Shown piece by piece: positions 24,251 through 38,194 of a stretch of DNA of 64,000 bases. This stretch comes from Raja brachyura (lineage: Eukaryota). Numbering within the stretch: position 1 is the first letter of the stretch; each line of letters starts with the position of its first letter. The notes under the pieces were generated by a model. That model was given only the letters and a program-made list of their open reading frames with translations. It ran no database searches and was not told the origin of the DNA. Location of the stretch: contig OY740790.1 in the NCBI GenBank assembly GCA_963514005.1, positions 56,048,001-56,112,000 on the forward strand. Reading direction: 5' to 3'. Made by a program: the position numbers and the translations under genes.

Positions 24251-27200
24251 TTACGACGTGATGGAGCTAAGAATCTATACTGAGTCAGGTCATAGATATA
24301 TTTAATTAAATATTAAACTAGGCCAATGCCATAGGATTTTTTTTTTAATGGACTGAGCCAGCAGTTTCTTATACTGAATTATTGTTTCTGTTGATGAGAT
24401 TACAATGCCATATTGTTCAGTTTGATGCCTTGCGATGTTTTGAAATCTGCCAATAAACTCCACATCTTTTGCAGAATAATGGAACTTCAATTTGGTGAAG
24501 GAATGTAATAAACAACGGAAGCTGTCAGTGGCATGTGGTTTGATTGTGATTGCCTTGTCTCTGTCGAAGGGTTGGAACAAAGACGGGTTTGTGTTCACGA
24601 TAAAGTCAGATGCACATTGAATCAACAACCTCTGATGACTATTCATTAATTCATTCACAGAATATGGGTGTCATTAGGAATGCGGCACTAAATACCTATC
24701 TCCATTTTTACTTGAGCTGTACATCAGTGTGGAATGTGAGCCATCGCCTATTATTGTTTCATTGTCTTATTCATGATGGATCGAGGAAGAGTCAGAGGTG
24801 CTTTAGTTCATACAAATCAATCATTTAGTTCTTCGTTTTATTGATGAGTTGGGACATTTTGACTTTACAACAAAACTGTATCTTATGTAGAAGCAAGGAA
24901 TGGCAGATGCTAGTTAATACACAGAAGGACACAAAGTGCCAGAGTAACTCAGCAGGTCAGGCAGCATCCTTGGAACAACCTTGCAGATTCACCGCCATTA
25001 ACTTTGCACCAATGTAGTGGTGCATGAATAGCTACAAAGTCTGAAGCAGCAGCAGTTCCTTAGACTGCCTTACTAGCCCCTTGATTGCTTTTTTAATCAA
25101 AACCTGATCATTAGGTGTGGTTGGATTTTTGGTTGCACAGTCTTACACATCAGTCCGTTTCTCTGTGGACATGGCAATTATACGTAAGGAAACTACAGGG
25201 CCTATGGATTTAATGGTTATCTATAGTTTCTCTGGATTTCTGAGTCACTGTCTGCTTGTGTTTCATTAATCAGATTGGGGTGGGTGGGACGAAGGGCAGA
25301 TAGAACCAGTGGCAGTGGGATTGGAGATCCAGTAAAATAAGTGTTTGTGGAGGGCATATAGAACCAGGTGGTGCAAGGAAATGGAGGCTGGGGGCAGTTT
25401 TGGACAGAAGGGGAAGGTTGAGAGAAGATAGGGTAGACCAGAAGGAGGGAGAAATTAATGCAGATTCTGGGTCACCTGAAATTGGAACCCTTATTGGTTC
25501 CACCTATTGCCTTTCAAACTTACCAGATTCCAGGATCTGCAGTCTTTTGTCATATCAACATCATATTCAACCTTTGTCTTTACCTCCATCTTCCCCTCCC
25601 ACTATTTAGGTCAAGGGCGGCAGAGTGGCACAGTAGTCGAGACCCTGCCTTATAGTGCCATAAACCCAGGCGCAATCCTGACTATGGGCACTAGAGAGTT
25701 TGTACTTTCTCTCTGTGACTACCTGGGTTTTCTCAGGGTGCTCCAGTTTTCTTCATTGACTACATAGACTATCCATAGTCTCCACAGATGCTCCGTGACC
25801 CAAAGAGTTAGCCCGCAGTTTGTTTTTTGCTCCAGATTCCAGCACCTGCAGCCTCTTTATTCTGCAGGTTTCACTTGTTGCCTACTGGGACATCCATTGT
25901 TGTTTAAACCCCATGCCCACTGCCAGCCTACATGACTGATGCCCTGATCTCATTTCCAACCCACAGTGTTCCTTCCTCCGCAGACCCTTCCACACCTATT
26001 GGCCCTGCCCAAATATTTGCCAAATTGCAATTCTAATGCTCATCCACTACCTGGAGCTCTCCTAACCCCATCATCCTCCCCTACCCATGATCTATGGTCT
26101 ACCTGATATCCTCTACACATATCTTTACCTTTATGAATGACTGAATATTGCTGGTAAGGATATCAGGCAAAACTGATATGCGGCCCAATACAGTGCCATT
26201 TTGACATGGTTTTTCACTGTTAAAAATATTTTTTTATCCAAAATATTTCAGAATTGCATGTAGTCCCAGATTTTATTGATTGGAGCACACTACCTGTACT
26301 TTCTGTTCATATTCCCTATTGCCGAGCAGTCAGGGGCTGTGCAAATAGCTGTGCTACACAAGAGCACACTGAAACTTAGCAGGAAGGCCTCACAATTTGT
26401 TATTGAGCCATGCGAGTGATCAGAACAGTCTCGTTGACAAAAGTGTTGTCTGTAAAAGCCAACAAAATTTTGCAACACGACTGAAACATCAGACAACATT
26501 CAGCAACATTGTGCCAAAAAATGTAGAGCAAGAAGCTTCTGTTGCATTTCCACTCAGGATTCACAAAAAACAATTCCACTCATGGATTTCAGCTTGACAA
26601 TTTCCCAGTTAGTAAAAAATATATTTAGCAAATCTAAAGTATTTAATGTGCATTTTCATAGATGAGTTGCATTGAATTGGTGAGGTGGTTTCCAGAGACT
26701 ATTGCAAGCAGACTGCATCTGATTTTGTCACCAGATGAAATAATAATTTGAATTCTCTCACAGCAGCATGGGACTAAATTAAATTGATGTTCTTTGGCAA
26801 CATGCCCAAAACAGGACAAAATAAAACTCAGTATATATATATATTCAGATTTGGAAGCATGGTGTTTAAATTTGTCTTTGATACAACCCAGCCTCAAAGG
26901 TGACATGAAGAAATGTAATTTTAATTTAAATGCTTATGCCTTGCTGTGTTGACTAGATTTAGTCAAAGAGTCGGAGAACACTGAAACAGACTCTTTGGCC
27001 TTTTCGTCCTGGACAACCATCAAGCACTAATAGTCATTTATGGTACGTTTTTATGCTCCTGGCATTTATATCAACTCCATCCCCCCACCCTCCTGCAAAC
27101 CCCACCAGTCACCACCAGAAATACTTGGAGCTTTGAAGCAACAGCTCTACAACCATGCTGCCCTTAAGAATACCCATGTTCAATTTGCATCAAATAAAAA

Positions 27201-28798
27201 ATCACATGCATAATGGTGATGTTTTCTCAAAGAAGTAATATGTATGAAGTAAATTATAATGGCTTAAGTGGCCACAACCTGAAATATTTGAATGATAAAT
27301 TGCATTTAAATTATTTAGTAACTTGATCACAACTAAAATGTCATAATGATATATTCTATTCAGGCATATTGCTTGTTATTGACTCTAAATTGCATTCATG
27401 GTGTATAAGGATTGGAGAATTCTAGTTATGGAAAAGCAAACAATGAATGACCTTCTTTTAAGAATGCAGACAATTTCTATTAAACTAAAACCGTAGTCAA
27501 TAGAAAAAGCATAGTTTTTTTAAAATAAAAGCTGTATTGTCCTTGAATTGATGAATGCCAATATTAATGTAAACTTTTTTTCTCTGTAGTTCATTTGGCG
27601 AATAATCTTGGTTTAAATTTGAAATGTAATAATGTCACACTATTATTTAAGGAAGGGGGGAGAGAGAAACCAAGTAATTCCAGGCCTGTCAGTTTAATGT
27701 CAGCATTCAGGAAGCTATTGGAATTTGTCTTTAGTTATAAAATGACAGAACTCTTGAAAAATATGAACTGATCACAGGGAATCAACATGATTCTGTAAGT
27801 CTGTAAGTCTTAAGTTCATACGTTATAAGAGGGGAATTCAGGCCATCAAGTCTACTCCGCCATTCAATCATGGCCTCTGAACCCCAGTTTCCTGCCTTCT
27901 CCCCACTAATTGTCTAATTAAGAATCTGTCAATCCCAACCTTAAAAATATTCATTGACTTGGCCCCCACAGCCCCCTGTGGCACTGAATTCCACAGATTC
28001 GCCACCCTCTCTAAATAAATTCCTTCTCATCTCCTTTCTGTACCGCTGTAGGTACAGAGTTTGTACGTTCTCCCCATGACCACGTGGGTTTTCTCTGGGT
28101 GCACAGGTTTCCTCTACTTTTTAAAGGTATGTTCCTTTTATTCTGAGGTCTTGGACTCTGGTCCTAGACTTTGCCACTCGTGGAAACATCCTCTCCACAT
28201 TCACTCTATCCAGGTCTTTCCTTATTCGGTAAATCTAGCTGTTTTCCTTTGAGGAGGTCATTATAGGACAGATATTGGAGTGGGAACACTGCTGAGTTAC
28301 CCCAGTTTTTTGTGTCTATCTTTTAGATAACAGAAAGTACAGTATCTCCTCTCAACAATGGCTGGGACATTCTCCATAGTAGTGCAGTAAGTGAGAAAAC
28401 ACACACACAAGTAATGTACATAAAGTAAATTTCAACCAAGCTGCAGGGTGCTCACTGGGTTTGATCAACAGGAGAATAACCTAATTGTCTCCACTCTGTT
28501 TGGGTGCAATGTTACCACTCATTTGGACATCCAAATTAAATTTGACATAGTTCCACAAACAAGTTTATGAACAAAAATAGGATTCTCTGCAACTCCTCTG
28601 ATAGCTTCCTCTGCCAGCTTGTTCCAGATATGGACTATCCTTTGAGTGAAAAAAGGATAGTGTGAATAGAGTGAAAAAAGTTGCTCGTAAGGTACCTCTT
28701 AAATCTCTCCCTTCTCACCTTAAGCCTATGCCCTTTAGTCTTAGTTTCTTCTACCCTCGAAAAAAGTCTATGAATGTTCACTTCATCCATGCCCCTTA

Positions 28799-29374
28799 AG
28801 GGCCTGTCCCACCAGCATGCGATTCCATGCGGTGAGCGCGACCAAACCGGCAGCGGGGGCCGCGCGGAGGTCGGGTGATCCCCGTACAGGGCCTGTCCCA
28901 CCAGCATGCACCTGCATGCGACAAGCGAGACCAAACCGGCAGAAGTGGCCGCGCAGAGGTCGGGTGAGTGGCGCAACGCGGCGCAAAGTGAGGCGAACTT
29001 GGAGCGAAGTCTTAAAGGTAAGTTCGAGGACAGAGAGGGACACATAGAGAGGGGCACAGAGGCACACACAGAGAGGGCCACGGAGCCACACACAGAGAGG
29101 GTCATGGAGGCACCTACAGATAGGTTCACGGAGGCACGATGTCGAGGCGGTGCGTAAGGTGTCGAGGCGACAGCGAGCCGACAAGCCGTTGCCGCGCGGA
29201 ATTTTTGAACATGGTCAGTTTTTCGGAGCCCCGCGCGATGTCGGGACGAACTCCGCACAATTCCGCACGGCTCCGGCGATCGAAGTGGGATCGGCCCCGC
29301 GACGCCGGACGGCTCAAGCAACCACGTTAGGTCGCGCTCATCGCATGGAGTTGCATGCTGGTGGGACAGGCCCT
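28799..29374. mobile_element. PIF/Harbinger-type MITE inserted in a minus-strand CR1 fragment
   Basis: Perfect TIR AGGGCCTGTCCCACCAGCATGC and TTA TSD. CpG-rich interior. An extra internal copy of the left terminus starts at 28888. Confidence 0.9.
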
Positions 29375-29414
29375 TTATGATTTTGTTTGCTCAATAAGGT
29401 CAGCCCACAGATTC

Positions 29415-29870
29415 AATACTATACAATACAATACAATACAATACAATAATATTTTATTAGCCAAGTATGTTTTGCCAAGCTCCCGATGTCGTTGGAGCTC
29501 CCAACATCTACAGTCTCTACCCGAGACTGCGAGCTCTCGATGGTAAAACCCGCGGTTGGAGCGATCTCAGGCATGAGATTGGCTCCGATGTTAAGTCCAC
29601 GCCCCACGGTGGGGCTCAAAGTCAGTCCGAGCAGGCCTCCAGCTCCAGGATGCTAGGCCATAGAGTGACCGGAGATACGATCCAGAAAACAATTGCATCT
29701 CCGGCAAGGTAAGAGATTGAAAAAAAAGTTTACCCCGACCCCCGACCCCCACATAAAACAAACCAGAGAACATTTACACAAACTTTTTAAACACACTAAA
29801 AATAACAAAAAAAGACAAAAAAACAGACAGACTGTTGGCGGGGCTGCCAATCGTGCGACGCCCCTGATGG
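29415..29870 (-). mobile_element. Non-autonomous retroelement, copy 2 (internally deleted relative to 18163-18933)
   Basis: Clear homology to copy 1. (CAATA)n at about 29415-29450. Confidence 0.65.
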
Positions 29871-31104
29871 AATAACCAGGGACTTTGTCCTACCCTCCAA
29901 AGGACAAAGTCCCAGGCTATCCAACATCTCTCGTAAATTCATTCGTGCATATCCCAATAATGCCCTGAGGAATCTTTTCATGCACCTTTTCCAACTTAAT
30001 GATATCCTTCCTATATATGGACAACCAAAACTGCATTAATACTCCAAGCGTGGTCTCACTAATGACTTGTACAGCCGTATCATGATATTTGAACTCTTGT
30101 ACTCAATACCCTTTCCCATGAAGGCAAGCATGGAAACACAAACATTCTTTGGCAAATGGTACATGTGGGTATATCCAATGTTACACGGTTTTGATACATT
30201 GTCAAAGAAAAATGATTTCCTCTGGTGCCAAACTCAACAGAACAAACATAATCTTGAGCCATTATCTAAACTATTCACGGATATCTGTTCTGACGAATGG
30301 TCTCTGACTTTTTCTTTCTTTGGATGCTAGTTGATTTGCTGAGCGCTTCCAATATTTTCAGGTTTATTTCATTCACTGATAACATTTGGAGCCTGGCTTC
30401 TAGAGGCTGTGCATGTAGTAGATTAGAAAGTGAAGGTCCAGGACAGATGGATTTTCAAGTTCTTAATGTCATTATGTTCCTCAAGATGAAGCAGGCAACT
30501 ACGTGGGGATTCCGTTTAAATTAAAACAAATACTCATGCATAAAAATAAATATAAATTTCATATGGGAAATTTAAGAAAAATTACTATGATAAATCACGG
30601 TAGAAAATTTGTTTGCTCAAATAATATTTTATAACCCTTAGTTGTTTTTTTTAAATTAAACTTGACAAATTACTTGAGTACTAAATGTCACAACCATTTG
30701 GATTCCAAACATGGCTAATTCCAAGTGTTATAAAAAAAAAGTAGAAAAGCAATTATAATGCTACTTAGTTTGTGCACCGTGACTTCCGAACAGTTTCTTC
30801 CCTGCAGCATTGGATGTTCATCATCATGGGCAGTGTTTTTTTTATGGGTGGGGGACATCTGCAATGTTATGGCTAAGTGGTGTAGAAATGCCAAAGGCTA
30901 TTGTAAAGCGAGTTGTAAACTTGAAATTAATTACTTATTGTCTAATTCATAGTGGTAGTTGTTAGCTCAAAGAATATGCAATTTGTACCTGGTTTTGAGA
31001 TATGACTGTTTTATTTTCATTAATTATGTCACATAAAATAATATTAGGGTATTATTTCCAAAATTGATTTAAATATAATTTAAAACATCATTAATGTCAT
31101 GCAG

Positions 31105-31395
31105 TGTATAGTGTAATACGGTAGAGTTGCTGCCTTACAGCACCAGAGACGCAGGTTCGATCCTGACTATGGGTACTGTCTGTATGTACGTTCTCCCCGT
31201 GACCTGCATGGGTTTTCTCCGAGACCTCCGGTTTCCTACCACACTCCAAAAACGTACAGGTTTGTAAGCTAATTGGCTTGGTTAAATTGTCCCTAGTGTG
31301 TATGATGGTGTTAGTGTGTGGGGATTGCTGGTCGGCACGGACTTGGTGGGTCGAAGGGCCTGTTCCCGTGCTGTTCTTTAAACTAAACTAAAAAC
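31105..31395 (+). mobile_element. HE1/V-SINE
   Basis: CGGTAGAGTTGCTGCCTTACAGC...GGTTCGATCC head, V core and (CTAAA)n tail. Confidence 0.9.
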
Positions 31396-32759
31396 TATAC
31401 CATGAATTCTGACGTTATTTTCTGCATGATGCTTCAGTTAGTATTTTTTACATTCTGCCATTGTCCAATAATTTCCATGATAAATTTCCCTGCAAATCCA
31501 CATTGGCAAAATCTGCATCAGGAAATGTGCAATCTGGATGGATGGCCCTGTAAGAAATTACAAACCATTATTCCTAAGGAATCCTGACTTTGCCATTTTA
31601 TGGAGGTTTCCAGTCTTCATCATAGTCTTAACTCAACATATGACAAGTTTTTTTTAATGTTTTTCAACCCAGATATATTGATATTTTTAAATTCAGATGT
31701 TTTTTGTTTACACAGTAATGTTTCCATCCGAGGGGAATTTTGAAATCAATTTGTTTTCTGGAAAGAAAAGAGGTAGAGAGTAAGATGAAGCTCAACAAAA
31801 ATGCATTGTGACACAAGTGAAAACTGGGTTGAATTTTAAAGAACTTAGAGGGGAAGTGAAAAGGGAAAATAAATGAGGAAAGAGAAAATATGAGAATAGA
31901 TCGAAAGGAAATAGTGAAAAGGAAATGACAAGCCAAGTCTTCTGTTGGCACATAAACAGTAAGAGAAAAGGAGGGACCATGAGAGCCTGCAGATGTTGGA
32001 ATCTGGAGAAACAAACTGCTGGAGCAACTCAGCAGGACAAGCCGCATCTATGGGGTCAAAAGGAATTGGAATGACTCAGTGTCTTGCCTGGCTCGTTAAC
32101 AATTCGTTTCCCCTCGCACAAATGCTGCTTGACCTGCTGAGTTCTTCCAGCAGTTTGTTTTTTTGTCTATAACTTTTGTCTAGCTAGACTTTGTCTAGTT
32201 GGACTACCAAACCTGTCCGACAAAACCAACGCATGGCTTTGTCCATGCTGCAAACCTACCCCACCAAACCTCCAACACCATACGTCACCATCCTATCTGC
32301 TCAGCGGCTGCACAGCCTCCTGAGTGATGTTATAAAAGGAGAAAAAAAGACTTGTGTGAATTAAGGAATACAATGCAAGGAAATCATCATTAATTTCCAA
32401 AGATTCTAGAGATTCACTTGGACTTGAACTTTCTAACTCACTGTGACTCTTTGTGTCACCCTTACTGCCATGGTAATCCCACATCTACTGTAAGAGATAA
32501 TGAGATCTGTAGTTTATTTTCAGAATACACATTACTCCCTTCTAAGTGTCCTTATTAACATCACTCTCACAGTAAACAATAGCAATTTGCTTCATCAAGA
32601 TCTACCTGTAAAGATTCAGATTCAGATTCAAACTTTATTGTCATTGTGGAGTGCACAAGTTCAAAGACAACGAAATGCAGTTAGCATCTCACCCAGAAGT
32701 GCGAACACAGAATAATAGAACAGTAATGGAAATGTAAAAGGGATTACCCCATAAGAAAA

Positions 32760-33385
32760 GAAACAAAATGGCAGAGTAACGCAGTGGGTCAGGCAGCATC
32801 TTCAGAGAACACGGAAAGGTGACATTTCGAGTCGTGATCCTTCAGATTGGTTGCAGGAGGCGAGGAGAAAACTGGAAGAGAGGTGGGGGTGGGACACTTT
32901 AGTTCACTCATATCTTCCCACCCAAACCACCTTCTCCCCAGGAACGTTCTCCTGCAATGCAGGAGATGTAACACCTGTCCCTATAACTATCCATCCAGCA
33001 ACCCCAGCAGTCCGTCCAGGTGAGACGGAGGTTCACCTGTACCCGAGAGATGGAGGTTCACCTGCATTTGGTGATCCCTACATTGCCTCCTTTGAATCCG
33101 CCAGACCAAGCGTAGATCATTTGCCAAACACTTGCACTTTTCCACCGAAATTCCTTACATTTCACATCTCTTCTATCTTTATTCTTTTATCTCATACCTT
33201 TTGTTTTTTCAGCTCTGGCCTCTGTCCCATCATCTGCCAATAAGGAATTCCCTCACCTGTATCACCTGTACCCACCTGCCACATGCCAGACTTTGTCTCT
33301 TCCCTATCTTTCTTCCAGCTTTTTCCCCCACTACAATCAGTCTGATAGACTATTGCTTATCCATGTTCTCCAGAGATGCTGTTCT
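32760..33385 (+). mobile_element. Penelope-like element remnant with an inverted terminal-repeat piece
   Basis: LPTQTTFSPGTFSCN motif and CAGGTGAGACGGAGGTTCACCTG (RFTC) preceding the GIY-YIG region. Confidence 0.65.
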
Positions 33386-33668
33386 CCAGGTTAACAAAGT
33401 TAATTCCCGGGATGGCGGGACTGTCATATGCTGAGAGAATGGAGTGGCTGTGCTTGTATACTCTGGAATTTGGAAGGATGAGAGAGAATCTTATTGAAAC
33501 ATACAAGATTATTAAGGGTTTGGGCACGCTAGAGGCAGGAAACATGTTCCCGATGTTGGGGGAATACAGAACCAGGGGCCACAGTTTAAGAATAAGGGGT
33601 AAGCAATTTAGAATGGAGATGAAGAAACACTTTTTCACACAATGAGTCTGTGGAATTCTCTGCCTCAC
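33385..33668 (+). mobile_element. CR1 ORF2 3' fragment
   Basis: RLTKLIPGMAGLSYAERM...TRGHSLRIRG; close to the copy at about 22120-22400. Confidence 0.9.
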
Positions 33669-34834
33669 ACTAGTGACCCCACACACACACACACACACAC
33701 ACTAGAGAGAATGTACAATTATGCTAAGCCAATTAACCTACAAACCTGTTCATCTTTGGAGTGTGGGGGGAAGCCGCAGCTTCTCGGAAAAATCCTACGC
33801 ATGTCACAGGGTGAACGTGCCAATTCCGTACATAGAACACCCGTAGTCAGTATCGAACCTGAGTCTCTAATGCTGTAAGGCAACCACTCTACCATTATGT
33901 CATTATGGCTTCCTTATTCACTTTAGTGACAGTTGTGTGGCAGTGGTCATCGGAGCATAGTGATTCATGCACTCTGTTGGCCAGGTCCTGCTCCTGGTTG
34001 GCAGTCTTGAACATATAAATCTGCCTGATGTTAAAATGATTGACCTTGTCCCTGCTCAAGTGCATTTATCTGTATTAAAAGACATGTGAGCGATGTGGGT
34101 CAATTTCCTTCAATATGATTCTCCTTGCAGACTATTTCATCCTTTCTTTAATCCATAGACGCATACACACACATGTTTGTAATAATCCATGCAATTCATG
34201 GATAATACACCTGTGCTTCACTGGATGTATTCAAGAGAGCTAGATATACCCTTAGGGTTAACAAATCAAGGGATATGATGAGAAAGCAGGAACTGGGTAC
34301 TGATTTTGGATCATCAGCCATGATCATATTGAATGGCGGTGCTGGCTCGAAGGGCCGAATGACCTACTCCAGCACCTTTTTTCTATGTTTCTATGTTTTG
34401 TCTCAGTCCTTTAATAACAAACAAGGAAGAGCTAATGCCAATTTCCATGTGATTCATACTAAACCACCAAGTAGTAACCCCTCATTGTTCATTAATCTGT
34501 TTGGGAATAACTGGTTTTCATGTTCTCTCATCTAAACAATCAATCATAAATTACTTTAATCCATATAATCGTAACACCTCGCATTAATGGCTGGAAATAA
34601 GTGATACACAACACGGGAACTGCTAATAAAGGAAAGGATAACATTGCCACCAATGTCAAATGTTATTACTCATCATGACGAGAATGAAAAATGAAATTGG
34701 AAATGTCATGCTTTTAGACTTTTGACTTTATAGGTAACAGGCTCTTCGGCCCACCGAGCTCACGCTGACCAGTGATCACCCCATACATTACACACGAGGG
34801 ACAATTTACAATTTTGTGTTTTTGAAGCTAATTA

Positions 34835-35455
34835 AGTCAAAGTCAAGTCAAAAGAGTTTCTTGTCATGTGTCCCTGACAGGACAATGAAATTCTTTCCTT
34901 GCATAGCACAACAGAACATAGTAGGCATTGCCTACAATTATACACTTAAATACACACATGAATGAATAAATTGATAAAGTGCAAATAACAGATGGAGGGG
35001 TATTAATGTTCAGAGTTTTGTGCGAGCCATGTTTAATAGCCTGATAGCTATGGGGAAGTAGCTATTCCTGAACCTGGTCGTTGCAGTCCTCAGGCTCCTG
35101 TACCTTCTACCCGAAGGTAGCAGGGAGATGAGTGTGTGGCCAGGTGGTGTGGGTCCTTGATGATGCTGCCAGCATTTTTGAAGCAGCGACTGTGATAGAT
35201 CCCCTCGATGGAAGGAAGCTCAGAGCCATTGATGGACTGGGCAGTGTTTACTACTTTTTGTAGTCTTTTCCTCTCCAGGGCGCTCAAGTTGCCGAACCAA
35301 GTCACGATGAAACCGGTCAGCAGGCTCTCCACAGTGCACCTGTAGATGTTAGAGAGAGTCCTCCTTGACAGACCGACTCTCCGTAATCTTCTCAGGAAGT
35401 AGAGGCGCTGATGAGCTTTCTTAATAATTGCATCTGTGTTCTCGGACCTGGAGGG
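34835..35455 (-). mobile_element. Rex1/Babar-type LINE 3' fragment nested in a minus-strand HE1 SINE
   Basis: ESLLTGFIVTWFGN...RKRLQKVVNTAQSI.G..LPSI...SIIKDPHH. (AGTCA)n-like tail at about 34835. Confidence 0.85.
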
Positions 35456-35574
35456 ATCCGAGAAATTAACCTACAAATCTGTACGTTTTTGTAGTGTGGG
35501 AGAAAACCGGAGCACCTGGAGAAAACCCACGCAATCACAGGGATATTGTACAAACTCCATACAGGCAGTGTTTC

Positions 35575-36106
35575 TTATTGTCAAGCTTGAAAGTTATATG
35601 AAAGATATTGTCAAGCTTGAAAGGGTTCAGAGAAGATGTATGAAGATGTTGCCAGGACTAGAGGGTCTGAGCTATATGGAGAGGTTAAGTAGGCTGGGTC
35701 TCTAACCCTTTGAGCGCAGGAGGATGAGGGGTTATCTTATTGAGGTGTATAAAATTATGAGAGGAATAGATCAGGTAGATGCACAGAGTCGCTTGCCCAG
35801 AGTAGGGGAATCAAGGACCAGAGGACATAGGTTCAAGGTGAAGGGGAAAAGATTTACTAGGAATCTGAGGGGTAACCTTTTCACAGGTTGTGGGTGTATG
35901 GAACAAGCTGCCAGAGAGTGTAGTTGAGGCTGGGACTATCCCAACGTTTAAGAAACAGTTAGACAGGTACCTGGATAGGACAGATTTGGAGGGATATTAA
36001 CCAAGAGCAGGCAGGTGGGGCTAGTGTAGCTGGAACATGTTGGCCGCTGTGGGAAGTTGGGCTGAAGGGCCTGTTTCCACACTGTATCACACTGTGACTC
36101 TATGAC
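35575..36106 (+). mobile_element. CR1 3' fragment with a short duplication at the 5' junction
   Basis: KDIVKLERVQRR...GLSYMERLSRLGL and RTRGHRFKVKG. ATTGTCAAGCTTGAAAG is repeated at the 5' end. Confidence 0.9.
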
Positions 36107-36739
36107 CCCTGGTTAGGATCGAACCTGGATCTCTGGTGCTGTAAGGCAGCAAATCTACCAAAGAGCCACTGTGCTGTCCTCCTCTACATAATGTTTTCTA
36201 AGTTCTTTTAAATATGTTCTGCACGACTGGTACTTGCAGGATCTGTAAACGTTTTGGAGTTGCTGCCCAGCAAGGCAAATAACAGAAGTAGGTCTATCAA
36301 CAAAGGATTATTTGTTGAAGATAATGAGCAGCCGGCAAACTGCCTGGACTAGTACAACATTGTGACTAAAGTCATACCACATTACCTATACGAGGCTTAA
36401 AGAAACAGTCTCGACCCGAAACGTCATCCTTCACTCCATAGATGCTGCCTCACCCGCTGAGTTTCTCCAGTATATTTGTCTACCTTCGATTTTTCCAGCA
36501 TTTGCAGTTATTTCTTAAACAAAGAAACAGTCACTATCACATTTATGCCACACAGCTTGTCAAAGTAACAAAGCCCATGCATNNNNNNNNNNNNNNNNNN
36601 NNNNNNNNNNNNNNNNNNNNNNNNNNNNNNNNNNNNNNNNNNNNNNNNNNNNNNNNNNNNNNNNNNNNNNNNNNNNNNNNNNNNNNNNNNNNNNNNNNNN
36701 NNNNNNNNNNNNNNNNNNNNNNNNNNNNNNNNNNNNNNN

Positions 36740-38033
36740 TGATCTTGTGCTCTTCCGGTTTACGCAGTTTTTCTATTTGCGCAAATATGGTACACAATAG
36801 CACTACAATCTTTCGCCAGGCTACTCACCGTTCTCCCATGCTGTGAGTGCAACAAGTTTCCTTCCTATCGGTGGTATACTGTAAAAGATATCAAGGTTTA
36901 AAAATCTTTAAAAATGCACGTGCGCAGATTCCTTCAGTCAGCGCCACGCAGATTGGTCTCTTCTCCTGTCAGTCAATGCCACGGCCGGGATGGCGATGCC
37001 CCTTCCTGCCCCACTGGCGGCGGCCTGTCCCGTCTCACTCACAAACTCCTATCTCCCCTCCTCACAGTAACTTGTCACAGGCACAGTGGAGGCCCAGTGA
37101 AGACCCTGATCCCATCTCTCTATCCATCATCACTCACCCCTCTCCCCTGCCCACCCTCTGCGGCAATGGCGGTCCCGTCTACCCGTCCCCCGGGTCCGTC
37201 TCCTCCGCCGCCGCCGTTGCGGTAACTCACCCTCACGGCCTTCTAGGAGGAGATCTTCTCCACCAGCTCATCGAAACTTGTGGTGCCCACCGTGACGAAC
37301 ACCGATTCCATTCCCCCCCCTCCCCCCATGCGGCTCGGCAATGGCAGCAAGCAGGCAGGCAGGCAGGCGGGTGGGCAGGGTGGGGACGGGCCAAGCGGCA
37401 GCAACGGGCGGTCGGAAAGGACCGGGATGGGGCAAGTGGCAGCTGAGTCTGAGTGGGCAGAGAGAGGGAAGGAGAGTCGGGTAGCAGGGTGGCCGAGCAA
37501 TTTNNNNNNNNNNNNNNNNNNNNNNNNNNNNNNNNNNNNNNNNNNNNNNNNNNNNNNNNNNNNNNNNNNNNNNNNNNNNNNNNNNNNNNNNNNNNNNNNN
37601 NNNNNNNNNNNNNNNNNNNNNNNNNNNNNNNNNNNNNNNNNNNNNNNNNNCCAATCGTCACGTCAACGGGATCTAAACCACAGCTAATAATGAATGACCT
37701 ATGGAGGAAGGAACTGCAGGTGCTGCTTTTAATGGAGGGAGGTAGGGAGGGACTGAGCGTAGGGGAAAGGAGAGGGAGAGAGAAGTGTGGGAGGGATTGG
37801 GGGAGGGGAGGAGGAGAGGGGAACAAAGAGAGTGAAGAGGAGGGGGAGGGAGTGCTGGGGGATGAGGGGAAATGAGTCGTGCCTGTGCAGTTGGGGGCTA
37901 TGCGTGAGTGGTGGAATATTGCGTTGGGGGGACGGGTTGCGTTGGGGGTACATGTGAGTGGTGGAATATTGCATTGGGGAATGGGTTGCATTGGGGGCCA
38001 GGTCTCCCATGTGACAGGGACCACTAAGTCTAG
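36740..38033 (+). mobile_element. Non-autonomous Helitron-like element, copy 1 (5' end hidden in gap)
   Basis: Colinear with 44400-45908. Ends in GTCTAG (CTAG 38030-38033) followed by T. Internal N gap at 37504-37650. Confidence 0.8.
37231..37311 (-). pseudogene. ALG13: Captured ALG13 exon 1 coding fragment (27 codons, stop at codon 23) with GTGAGT donor
   Basis: Translates MESVFVTVGTTSFDELVEKISS*KAVR, then GTGAGT at 37230-37225. Matches the ALG13 N-terminus (human MKCVFVTVGTTSFDDL..., recalled from memory). Confidence 0.85.
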
Positions 38034-38194
38034 TAGATATTAAATTATACTAGCAGTTTGCTATTTATCAATGTGAAATTATCAAATTAGCTAATTATTT
38101 ACAGGCCCACTCTTGCACCTCATTGCAAATGCAACTAACTACAAATGGAGACTCAAGGAACCACGGATGTTGGTATCTGGAGTCCCCCCCCCAC

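Noticed and set aside
28635-29321. 228-aa minus-strand ORF
   Set aside because: Runs through a GC-rich MITE into a CR1 fragment. It is open because GC-rich DNA has few stops.
37231-37311. Functional alg13 gene start
   Set aside because: In-frame TAG at codon 23, embedded in a repeated element, and no ALG13 exon 2-like sequence recognised downstream on the minus strand.
36847-38024. Long ORFs (199 aa +, 263 aa -) across the Helitron-like element as Rep/helicase
   Set aside because: Low-complexity, gap-spanning translations with no HUH or helicase motifs. The element is non-autonomous.
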